A DNA stretch of 63,420 nt, counting the filler, from Rhabdomonas costata (Eukaryota): NCBI GenBank assembly GCA_019059605.1. It is 52 parts of 52 records of this genome, joined end to end, with 100 filler letters (N's around TTAATTAATTAA, not from the genome) between each part and the next. Parts side by side here need not be neighbours in the genome. Positions count along the whole stretch, not along the records: positions 35,431 to 36,552 come from JAHMHO010027515.1; positions 36,653 to 37,774 come from JAHMHO010027516.1; positions 37,875 to 38,996 come from JAHMHO010027517.1; positions 39,097 to 40,215 come from JAHMHO010027518.1; positions 40,316 to 41,438 come from JAHMHO010027519.1; positions 41,539 to 42,660 come from JAHMHO010027520.1; positions 42,761 to 43,881 come from JAHMHO010027521.1; positions 43,982 to 45,103 come from JAHMHO010027522.1; 44 more parts are not named here. One strand, written 5' to 3'. Positions 36,233-47,256 of this stretch are shown one piece after another. The translations under genes were made by a program, and so were the position numbers. The notes under the pieces were generated by a model, which saw only the letters and a list, made by a program, of their open reading frames with translations, did no database searches and was not told the origin of the DNA. Position 1 is the stretch's first letter. Every line of letters starts with the position of its first letter.

Positions 36233-39200
36233 GGGGCGGTAATTGAAAAGCCGTTTTTTTTCGCCCTTCCCTTGTCTTTCACTTTGGTCAGTATTGGTGA
36301 TAGGCACTCGTTCCTTGCTGAGCTTTGGTCACAAAAAGGGATTCGGTCTTTTTAAGGGCGGAAGCCAGCCCGCGGCGCGGCCGGAGCTGGCGGCTGAGGC
36401 CGGGACGTTGCCTGGGGGAATAATGGACAAAACTCGAAACAAAAAGGGGCTTAAAATGAACAATAATTCTGTATCTCGTTACCCCCTTCCCCCGCCGGTC
36501 AAGGTTGGTCCCGAAAAAGTTCAGGGCCGGGAGGGACATACTACCACCACAANNNNNNNNNNNNNNNNNNNNNNNNNNNNNNNNNNNNNNNNNNNNTTAA
36601 TTAATTAANNNNNNNNNNNNNNNNNNNNNNNNNNNNNNNNNNNNNNNNNNNNGTGTCGGGGGGGGGGGTGATGACGTGGCCCGTGCAACGTGAAAAGGTG
36701 AAAAGCAAAAAACTTCGGCTAAGGACACCCATACATCTGCAAAACGTATATCGGCTTATATCGGTATATCGGCATGTTCCCAAAAAAAATGATGTGAGCT
36801 TGGTAGCATAGCGACGGGAGCCATACCGACTGGGGAAACGTTGATCAGCACAAGATGAGGCGCCACGTTTGCCACTCGGTTGGTGATGTCCACCTGCAGA
36901 GATTACAATGCGATCACATCAACCACGAAAGGGCGCAAACACACAGTGATGCAGTGGACCACAATTGTCAGGGCTGTTCATCAAGCCTCTTTTGTTACAT
37001 GCGCCACTGCTTCTGAGCGGATGACTGTAATTCTCGGGAAAGGAAACTGAAAAAAAATGCCGTTTACCACGGTAAAAAGACGTGCTAAAGACTGAAGTAG
37101 TCAGTGTCCAGCGTCGAAAGCATACAGAAAAGCAGGACAAAGGCAAAACGAGAGAGAGAGCGAGAGAGAGAGTAAGTGAGAAAGAGAAAATGACAGGTAC
37201 CGGCGATATTGTTAGTACCGCTCGTGATTCCTCCCTGCGCGAAGCCCCGGAGGTGTTCTCGCGAAGCCACAGCAGCCTCTCTGGGAGCTTGGTGTGGTGG
37301 GAGCTAAAGCTGTGCCGGGAGAAGGGCCGCGATAGACGCCTGGAGGAGCTGACCTGGGTGTGCCGCTTCACGAGGCGCCCGGGGATCAGAACAAACACGA
37401 AGGAGAACGTGGAGTACCCCAGGACTCGAGCCTTCACGCCACCTGAGGCAGAACCAAATGCCGCAGCGATACGGACGGATAGCAAACTTGCGGTGCAGAA
37501 CCACACCAGTGCTCATCGTTTGGGTGAAATGGGTGACAGAAAGGCTACTACAGAGATGCCAGAGAAGAATGGAAAGGCAACATTGGCCAAATGAAAAAAA
37601 GAAAAGGTGAAAAGAGCAGTCGGCTGGACCAATTACAACTCAGCTATTGGCATGGAAAATTTGCCGATTTGCAAATAGCGCGAAGATACTCACAACACAT
37701 TCCAAAAGCACCACACGAATGCAAAAAAAAATACTCAGCGCGGTGCAAGTCCTTTTTTTTGCCGAGAAAAACAANNNNNNNNNNNNNNNNNNNNNNNNNN
37801 NNNNNNNNNNNNNNNNNNTTAATTAATTAANNNNNNNNNNNNNNNNNNNNNNNNNNNNNNNNNNNNNNNNNNNNAGGTTAACCCAACCTGAGACAAACAT
37901 CCGAAGTGGAGGTCGCCGAGACCGACCATGACAGATGTTGTTGGGTAACATGGCTGCTTGAGGCTGACTGTGATGCGTTGATGCAAGCAGTAGCATGACC
38001 AAGGTGACTCTGACGTGATGGCAACCACCACTCCGACAGAAGGGCACAGGGATGTCGTACGCTTACCTGCTGTTACACTGTCAATGCGATGCTGGGATGC
38101 TGCCACCGTTCCTGAGGGCCTTGGATCATGCGCTGTAGTTGACACTCACCATCCCTCAGCACCAGTACCACCCTACGCATGAACCCAACGATGGAGTGAG
38201 ACAGAACCCACTGAGACACACAGCCGATGGGATGATGCGTATTTTGGATGCTGGCATGACCAACCTCAGCCTCTACCCTCAACGTAAGCCAAACCCAAGG
38301 GGTGTATTCCTCTACGGCTACGCCAAGGACGGAACGAGCGTACCGATGTCAGTCGGGGAGCGAGTGAAGTGACGCGTAGGGTTAAGTGTTGATGGAGTGA
38401 CCGTAACCACCTTATGGTGGTGGAGGGAACGAGTGAGAGGGGTTGAGTGAGAGGAGGGGCTCGAGGAACCGAGAGACCCGACGATGAAGATACATTCTTA
38501 GTCGTCATGGCATCTCGGTACCTCGATGCCATTCCTCCCTCAATCCCCACTCATACTCGCGATGCTCGTATTCGTGGGGCCCCTAAGACCACCCGAAGGG
38601 TGACGCTCTCGCTACGCTCGTTACGCTACGCTCCGCTCGCTCCGCTCGTAATGTTGAACTCAAAGGGTTCTGTCGGTCGTCACTACGTTCCTCCCTCCTG
38701 TATACGTGACGGTCGCTACGCTCCCTGCTATCCTGTCGGCACCCTCGGGACCCCAAGATGCATGCCCAAGGTACACCCTACACTACCTCCCTGACCCACC
38801 TGATGCATGCCTGAACCCACACCCTCAGCCAAAACCCACATGCTCCCCGATGGCTTCTGCAGAGTCGTCCCGCAGGTGACTTGCAGTCTCTGCAGCAAAG
38901 CATAAGGGAGACACTTTGTCCCCTTGTGAAAGCTACTAAAGGATGAAAGGTGGTGAATATAGGTGCGCTACCAGTCTTTTTTATGCGTGACCAAAANNNN
39001 NNNNNNNNNNNNNNNNNNNNNNNNNNNNNNNNNNNNNNNNTTAATTAATTAANNNNNNNNNNNNNNNNNNNNNNNNNNNNNNNNNNNNNNNNNNNNGGGG
39101 GGTTTGTGTTGACACTTTTGAACACGTTATCGGCTTCCAAAACGAAGAGACGCAAGCGCTGAGAAAATCGACAGAAATTGTTGGGAAACGATAGGGCTGT

Positions 39201-39239
39201 TGCTTTTGCTGCTTAAGGCTGCGGAAAACGCGGGCGTAC

Positions 39240-39445
39240 TTGGCGTAGATCCCGAGGCGGATATTGGTGGCGAACTGGTCCCAGCTGTACATCAGGGCCA
39301 ACGTCTTGGCGTTGAGCTGCGGCAGGGCCTCCACGGTCATGATGTTCTGGCTGCCCTGCCACAGCTGGTAGTCCGGCACCCGCCACGCGTAGAACAGGAT
39401 CACCGTGATGATCGTGCAAAGCGAGGTGGACATCACGCACAGCAG
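39240..39445 (-). CDS. Hypothetical membrane protein exon
   Basis: CCCCAG acceptor, AA|GTACGC donor, high GC3. One TM segment (LCTIITVILFYAW). Confidence 0.6.
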
Positions 39446-40079
39446 CTGGGGAGAGGTGCGTGCGTGCGTTTCCGATCCGCAGGAATCCCCATCGTATTTC
39501 TTTTTTCGTGCCCAAACTTTGATCGCAAAAATAAGCCTCGAAAAATCGCAAAATTACCGTTTCCTTTCGGAAACGTTTATTTCGCATTAATAACGGATGC
39601 TATTCACGCAGATATATATTTGCTCAAACTGATTGGCTTTCTAAGATCGTATAAGCGCGATAAACCGACCAACATTTGAAATGGCAAACCATCGGTTAAA
39701 GGACAAGTGAAAGAAGATTTGTACCGTGAATGTTAGTGGGGATGGGCCAGACCCCCAGGCTACCGTTCAAACATTTACGATAAATTTCGTGACGGTAAGA
39801 ACCTGCTACGAGCACTGCGTTGCACACTTCGTGTACAGGGCATGGTTTTGGTGAACGTCTTCTATGCCTCCAGCGGCCTTTCAAATGCTCTCCCGCTGCC
39901 TGGCAACTTCTCGAGGTACGAATCACTCCATCTGCTGCTGGGCAGAGGTTCTTGGGAAATCACAATGGAGCTCCAAACCTCTCGCTCGCTCGCCCAGTCT
40001 GCTTGTCGCTAGGTGGTCACTCGTCAACTCTTCGTATGCCTGGAATCCTCATGTCATTTTTTCTTACCAAGGAGGACCC

Positions 40080-40149
40080 ACACGCCTACACGCCTACACG
40101 CCCACACGCCCACACGCCCACACGCCCACACGCCACACACGCCACACAC

Positions 40150-40192
<43 letters not shown>

Positions 40193-40193
40193 T
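40080..40193. repeat. Compound microsatellite, (CACGCCCA)n then (CACATA)n
   Basis: Read directly. Confidence 0.9.
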
Positions 40194-40332
40194 ATTTGCG
40201 CAACTCTACTCCAAANNNNNNNNNNNNNNNNNNNNNNNNNNNNNNNNNNNNNNNNNNNNTTAATTAATTAANNNNNNNNNNNNNNNNNNNNNNNNNNNNN
40301 NNNNNNNNNNNNNNNTCCTTGTGTTCGCACAG

Positions 40333-40473
40333 GTGAGCATCCTTTTCATGGACATCGCGGGGTTCAGTTCGCTTTGCGAGCGGGTGCTGCCCGAACACCT
40401 GATGCGTCTGTTGCAGGAGTACCTGCAAGCCATGTGTGAGGTCATTGTGACCTGCAGGGGCACCCTGGACAAG
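40333..40473 (+). CDS. Class III adenylyl cyclase catalytic domain, exon 1
   Basis: VSILFMDIAGFSSLCE...GTLDK contains the first metal-binding Asp and the substrate-specifying Lys. Confidence 0.95.
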
Positions 40474-40662
40474 GTGGCCCCACCCCCTCGAGACCTCTGG
40501 TGTTCGTTGTATGCGGCCAATTTCTGTTTCGGTGCTTGACTTTGCAAAATGTATCTCGAATACGCCGGGTCACTTTTTTTTTTGAATTTTGCTTTGCTTC
40601 TCGCTGTGTGCATCTTGCTGGCTCCGCTCCTTGATGCTTAACAGTGCGTTCGTCTTTCCCAG

Positions 40663-40811
40663 TTCATTGGGGACTGCGTGATGGCGCTGTGGAATGCCCC
40701 TCAGCCCCTCGAGCAACACGAGCGGGCCGCTGTGGGCGCGGCTATGGACATGCAGGGCCGGCTGGTGGAGCTGAATCAGGACTGGCTGTCGGAGGGGCTC
40801 CCTACACTGAA
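40663..40811 (+). CDS. Class III adenylyl cyclase catalytic domain, exon 2
   Basis: FIGDCVMALWNAP contains the second metal-binding Asp. GT-AG introns on both sides, phases consistent. Confidence 0.95.
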
Positions 40812-41241
40812 GTGTGTGCCCTCTCCCTCCTCTCTCTGCTCTTCTCTTCCCCCCTTTCACAGCTGCTTTGATATGCGGCTCTTTCTGTATTGTGTCTTCA
40901 CACTTTCCCTATTCTCGCTGCCCCCTGCTCACTCGGGGCGACCTCAGGGCTTTTTTTGTGTATTTATTTTTTATATAAACTTGTTTTTTTCACTGTTCCG
41001 TTTTTTTCCGTCCTTGTGCTCCGTTCTACACCATCCGGCGTGCTATTTTTATATTGTATATTGCACTTTTGTGACACCGCAGCCCCCCTTTTAAGCTACA
41101 TTGCTGTGAAAGTTGCTGTGGACGTGCATTTCGTTTCGGGGATGTTTCTCGGCCCATGTGTGGTCTTGCCTCTCCGCAGAATCCTCCGTGTGTGGTGTTG
41201 GCGTGTGAGTGTTCTGGTGTGCGAATGATTCTTTTATTCAG

Positions 41242-41365
41242 GTTTCGGATTGGAATCAACACGGACAGGGTTCTGGTGGGGAACTTTGGGTGCGAGTACC
41301 GCATCAACCACACCCTGCTTGGCGATGGGGTCAACCTGGCCAGCCGCCTGGAGGCTGCCAACAAG
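41242..41365 (+). CDS. Class III adenylyl cyclase catalytic domain, exon 3
   Basis: [41 protein letters not shown] contains the catalytic Asn and Arg. Confidence 0.95.
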
Positions 41366-42760
41366 GTGGGCTAGCTGGCTGGGGCGGTGGGGTGGGGTGG
41401 AGTGGCTCCGCTCTTCTCCCACGCATTTCCCCACACAANNNNNNNNNNNNNNNNNNNNNNNNNNNNNNNNNNNNNNNNNNNNTTAATTAATTAANNNNNN
41501 NNNNNNNNNNNNNNNNNNNNNNNNNNNNNNNNNNNNNNTGGGGTGGGTTAAGACCAGGGTCAAAATAAGGTTAAAGACTGAGCGCAAAAGTTTACGGTAC
41601 GGATTCGACGCATTTGAAGTGAAAACTCTTCCTTGGGAAGGTTGGCTCATGTGAAATCCTAACAGCACATCTACATGTAGTGCAACATGGTGTCCCCCAG
41701 TATTGGTATAGAGCGCCGCAGTTTAGGGAGTGGCACAACGGGGTTAGGGTGGAATGGTTTTTGAAAAGCCATGGCAAGAATATTACGACTACGTTGCAAT
41801 GTGTCCGACCTCTCAAGTATCTTCCTTGGCAGTGTTTTAGATGAACAAGATGGATGGCCATGCATATCAATCACTGATAAATGCATCGCGGTCAAGGATA
41901 GGTATCTCTGTATGAATCAGTGTCAAAGTGCAGGTATCGGATGGGACGCTCAGCGCAGCAGGTAGAACTGCACTACAAAAACTGTCTTGCTTCCAACGTA
42001 CCTAGTTGGTGGGGTGTCAATGGTCAGATGGTTACGATTGCTCACCTCATTGCTTTTGCCGCCACCACAGTGTACGTGCTCGCTGTGTTTGCGCTGCGCG
42101 ACGTGGGGCTGATCGTGTGGTACTTCTGCTACAAGGCCTACACGGCGCCTGGGTTTTGTAAATAATATTTCACTTTTTGAACATCATAAAATGTGTGAGG
42201 CCCATTGAAGGACCACTTCACCACTTCACCAAGGTGCGCATAAAGATTGATGCTGTACCGCGTTGGCTACATGGGCCTTTTTGAGTTTGAAGGGCTTACC
42301 TGAAGCTTATTGTTTCAAGTCAGTGGTGTTAATTTAGCAGTGTTAACATGGTTGTACAGTTTGGTCACGTTGTGATTATTGTAGCCCTAGTTGCACCACT
42401 GAACTGCGTTATAAGCCTGTGACGAACGAAGGCCTTTTTAGAGTGTTTTTATTCATTTATTGGGCCCTCATGATTTTACCATGAAAGTGCCAGGGTGCGA
42501 GGGCGAACTGTGCCGATTGTACTCATATGAAGGATTTGTAGTTCAATAGCCCGACCCTCCAATCGCCAAGCGAGATTCATTCGAAATATTAATACAGCAT
42601 AAGTGCATTTTATGCCCCCCACTCAACTCTCTGTAACCCGCACATTTATACCCACCAACCNNNNNNNNNNNNNNNNNNNNNNNNNNNNNNNNNNNNNNNN
42701 NNNNTTAATTAATTAANNNNNNNNNNNNNNNNNNNNNNNNNNNNNNNNNNNNNNNNNNNN

Positions 42761-43881
42761 CAGACTCCTCCCTGCTGGAGGACTGGGGCACGGCAATCGG
42801 AGTGAGCTCGGCCTTGGGCTTTGCCCAACCCCCGGTTATGCGGGGTTTTCCATCGTCCGCTACCTGCGTTCCTCCGCCCTCCTGGGAGGACAGTCTTCTG
42901 CCCTTGAAGCAGGCTGTGGTGGCTTTGACGGTGACCCGCCGCTCTTCTGATGCGCCTGCTCCCACGTTCTCCAAGGTGGGTACGTATCAGTCTTGGCAGG
43001 AGTTACAGGCGGTTGACAGGGCGGGTCTGGTTCGAATCGCCCTGGAGATTGACCTGGCACAGCGGCCGCGTACGGGGCGAGGTGAGGCTGGTGCCTTCTG
43101 CCGTCGTGCCCTTCGCGACCTTCTCAGCACGGGATCTTTCTCTCCTCTGCGCTAGTACCCCCAGTACAGGGATTAGTTCAGCGTGGGGACATGCTCTGTG
43201 GCTTCGTGGATCTCCCTTCGGCGGCTGAGGTTCATTTGCTGCGGGCTTCCGGTGCTGTCCGGGGCGTTTTTGCCCGCCCTTGGATCTCTACCGACGCTCG
43301 GTTCCCCTTACCTACTGGGTTCACCAGTTCATCACACCGTGTAATCTGGCTCCGGGTGGAACGCTTTAGTGATGTTGTGGCAGCTTCCCTTCGCTCCTCT
43401 GGAGTGGCCTTTGATGGCCTTGTCTGCCCTCGCAAGCTGGGGGAGGTGGGTGTGCGCATTCTTGCTTCTTCCGACCTAACCAAGCTTCAGGCTTGCGTGG
43501 ACGGCGAGCTTTCTGGCCGAGTGCGGTCTCGATTGCATGGCTCTCGGACTCGTCTTCGGGCTTCGGGCGTTCCCCTTGCACTTCTTGATCGCCTCCATCT
43601 CGTGGTGGCCAGGATTAATCCTGATCTTCGAGTTGTGGAGCAACGAGTTCTGCGGACCTCGTACGACTCGCTGGTGGCAGACATCTCTGTGGAAGGTGAC
43701 GTACCTCCAACTGCGGAGTGGACGCGGCATGGACTGGGCTGCCGTGCGTCGGCTTTCCTCCAACCGACCTGTGCCACAGCCAGTTCGCGTGCACCCTACC
43801 ACACCTACGCCTCCTCCCCGGCGCCCGCTCTCCGTTGCAGCACAGACGACCTGGGCTTCTGTGGTCGCGAGACCCCCCAAC
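42761..43881 (+). pseudogene. Disrupted intronless coding region, possibly a non-LTR retrotransposon ORF1-like sequence
   Basis: Two long GC-rich frames are broken near 43155-43190 with no obvious intron. The family guess rests only on overall character (LLRASG..GVF.RP; TTWASVVA). Confidence 0.3.
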
Positions 43882-43981
43882 NNNNNNNNNNNNNNNNNNN
43901 NNNNNNNNNNNNNNNNNNNNNNNNNTTAATTAATTAANNNNNNNNNNNNNNNNNNNNNNNNNNNNNNNNNNNNNNNNNNNN

Positions 43982-44249
43982 TTGTGGGGTTTGTGCGGCT
44001 GATGGTGAGCTGTGGGGAGCAGATCACGAACAACGTGGACTACGTGCTGGAGCTGGCGCGACTGGAGGAGAAGAAGGTTGTTCTGGAGGCGAAGCCGTTC
44101 TCTGTGTTGGAGATGTGCGAGGGGTGCGTGGAGATGGTGCGTCACCTGGCGCAGAAGAAGGGCCTTGCGCTTGTGGTGGACTGCGAGGGGTGCGAGCCGT
44201 GCGGGGAGCTGTGTGGGGATGCGAACCGGCTGAAGCAAGCGTTGATCAA
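43982..44249 (+). CDS. Histidine kinase exon (end of HisKA to start of HATPase_c)
   Basis: VDYVLELARLEEKKVVLEAKPFSV...AQKKGLAL...GDANRLKQALI. The donor AA|GT falls in the codon expected to encode the N-box Asn. Confidence 0.92.
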
Positions 44250-44841
44250 GTGTGTACTTTGATTTTTCGCTGGGGTTGGGATGTGGTTTTGTCGATTTCT
44301 TTCTGGTGTCATTAGCCCTTTTCCCTAGTTTTTGGCGCTTCATCGCGATAATGTGAATATGTCCTTGAGTTCGCACTACTGCTTCCTTGGCCATGGCGAA
44401 GATCAAGAACGACGGGGGTGGAAAACGGATGCGATCCGTGTAGGCTCGTCTGTCGAGTGCTATCGCCAACGGAATGCACGGAGGGATAGGGCGTTGACGA
44501 GGTTTATTGAAATCCCGAGACGGGCATCAACCCCCTTGAATCCATTGCAACAAAAGTTACCACTTCCAGTGGTAAACCATTTATCACACGCGGTACCCTG
44601 GAATCGACAACGATGCAAGGAGCAGGAGAGGCATTATTAACAGATGTCATCAAACTTGAGTGTTATATGCTGGGGATCAGAGCACAATGGTGATGTCCTG
44701 CTCAACTCTTTTAGCGGATGCTTACAGCCGCCGCTTTAGAAGTGGTCACGGTAACTCTTGCCTTACTTTTCCGAGTGGTGGTGCGTGTACATCGCGATGG
44801 AAACATAGTGACTCACCTCTTTTATTAAGAACGTCCATGAA

Positions 44842-44933
44842 CAAATGCAAATGCAAATGCAAATGCAAATGCAAATGCAAATGCAAATGCAAATGCAAAT
44901 GCAAATGCAAATGCAAATGCAAATGCAAATGCA
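44842..44933. repeat. (CAAATG)n microsatellite, about 15 units
   Basis: Read directly; it produces the KCKC, HLHL and CICI pseudo-ORFs. Confidence 0.97.
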
Positions 44934-46530
44934 TCTTCGGACTAAGTATGGTACACCCAGGTGGAAGAGTTGTAATTTTCTTTCGCACATAAAGGAACAA
45001 ACATTCTAAGGCTTGACGTTCGCAACTCTCGCTACAAAGAACGAAAGCACACGATCGGGCTCCCCACGCCACTTTAGCACGCGCATACTGGAACCACACC
45101 CCCNNNNNNNNNNNNNNNNNNNNNNNNNNNNNNNNNNNNNNNNNNNNTTAATTAATTAANNNNNNNNNNNNNNNNNNNNNNNNNNNNNNNNNNNNNNNNN
45201 NNNGGGTTTTTGGGATGGGATTGTTTTTTTCTTGCACGGGCTGCATCAGCAGACAGGGAGACGTGAGACCCTGCGGCAGAAGCCACGCCTGTTTAAGCCC
45301 GAGCGGCTAGCCCTGAGCCTGCTGTGAAAACCAGTGCAGATTGCATCCTTGAGGACTGCCTGGAGGCACAGCACACCTCTGCGCATAGCGCAGCCCGCCC
45401 GTTGTTGATGGCCTCCTTGATGCTGCTGCACACGTCGTCCAGCGAAGCCTCGGCCAGGTCTTCGCTGAGTCTTACGTTAGAAACCAGACCTGCACATAGA
45501 GAAAATCCCCCAAAACTGCTGAAGAGCCGCCCACAGCTTTGAGCCAAGCGGATGCCCACTGATCAATGCTGTATGCACCCCTGCAATTACCGCTGGGATC
45601 GTTCAACGGAACCACGGGGAGACAGTTGCCTCCCCCTGAGACTCAACCTTTTTCGGAGGTTAATGAATTTAATCATGCTTTTCTTCTCGGACTTGGTAGC
45701 AGGTGGTTAGACTTCCTTGGCACGGTGAACGCATCACCTATAACCTACCTATCACCGGACCAAATATTTGCGTCCGCTAACTTCCACATGCAGGGCGCCC
45801 GCAGAAAGGTCTGGAGCTTTCAGGGCGCCCACTGAGAGAGTCCATTGTCATGTCTTCGGAGCCATGTCCCTTCCTCGCGTTTCGCGAGAGGTGGTTTGCT
45901 GCTATTCAGTTGCTAAGTCTGGCACCTCGTCCGTTGTTCCTTCACTTCGTGGCACACCTCCTGGCGCGGCGAAATTGCCTCCTCCAGCGAAGCGGCAGTC
46001 TGCCCTTGAGCCACTTTCTTTCTTTTTCACAACGTATGCGTGCGTACGTCGGCAAAAATATCATCCGGACAGCCAGGACTTCCTCTTAGCGCGAAATGTA
46101 AAAAGTGCAGGTCATACCAACCCCCCAGTACTCCACCCCCACCTTGCCGTCGTTGGAGCTTCCTGTGAGACAACGGAGTTGATGGAGGAAAGAACGCAAG
46201 CCGCAAACGCAGAAGTGCATCTTTTCTGCGAAAACCTCCCAGCGTTAGGGGGCCAATACTGGCGCCATACATAGCCGCAAGCGCCAACAAGCCAAGACTC
46301 TAGAGGAAGGCCACACCCACCCCACNNNNNNNNNNNNNNNNNNNNNNNNNNNNNNNNNNNNNNNNNNNNTTAATTAATTAANNNNNNNNNNNNNNNNNNN
46401 NNNNNNNNNNNNNNNNNNNNNNNNNGTTGTTTTGGAAAGATCTCGAGAAAGCTGAAGTGTGCCTAATTTGCAATGAGAGCAGATGGAAGCCAACCGGGAA
46501 GAAAGTATCGTAATATCTTTTGTGATACAT

Positions 46531-47256
46531 TCTTCCCGGTTGGCTTCCATCTGCTCTCATTGCAAATTGGACAAACTTCTGCTTTCTCGAGATCTTTTCA
46601 AAATAACACACAATCATTGATGCAGGCGTCGATCATATCGTATCCCATGCCGAAACGCTTCAGCTTCGCCTTTGCCTCGTAGTGTTTTTCGGAATTCGAT
46701 TACCAATTGGATGAGACTTCCTCAAGAGCTGCAACAATTCTGTAAACGACTTGTTCGTCCAATGGTTCGTGACTTTGATGTGCATCAACGAAACCAAGAA
46801 CGACAAAGACGAAAACTCTTTGCATCCAGGGTACAATTCTGCTTCCAACTCGACGAACAAGTCTTCCACTTGCTCATCTGCACGCACTTCACTCGGAGTC
46901 GGATCCGTAAAATCGTTGAAGTCCTCGTGATCCATTATATCATGGAGAGAATCGTGCAATCCACCGACTCCTCTCTGGTTAGTCTCGCTGGCATGTTCTA
47001 CTTGGGTAAGCACATGACGTTCGCCGTGATGATACCATTCGGTGTATCCTGGGGTAAACCCCTTGTTCAAAAGGTGATTCTTTACGACCCCGATGTCCAG
47101 ACATCTCACGTTATTGCAAGACTTACAAAGACAACGATAAGGACCGTTTTCGTTCGGGAGTTTGCTTGCAACGCGGATAAACTCGTTAACCCCTGTTTTA
47201 TATTGCAAACTCAACCGATTGTTCTCGGTAATCCAGTCCCTACTTGGATTTGACAT
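46531..47256 (-). mobile_element. Plant-type CACTA/En-Spm transposase N-terminus (transposase-associated domain), pseudogenised
   Basis: RDW...YKTGVNEF..RCLCKSCNN..HLLNKGFTPGYTEWYHHGE and LYPGCKEFSSLSFLVSLMHIK. After a frameshift near 46685 it continues YEAKAKL..GMGYDMIDACINDCVLF*KD...CPICNESRWK. Confidence 0.93.

Noticed and set aside
41720-41750. TTAGGG telomere-like motifs
   Set aside because: Only isolated copies, with no array.
1-44249. Receiver, histidine kinase and cyclase as a linked signalling cluster
   Set aside because: They lie on different unlinked contigs, so adjacency has no meaning.
44660-45099. ORFs with KC/HL/CI dipeptide repeats (also MC/HT at 12318-12941 and 39820-40271)
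   Set aside because: They are translations of hexanucleotide microsatellites.
46672-47253. 193-aa plus-strand ORF
   Set aside because: It is the antisense shadow of the CACTA transposase.
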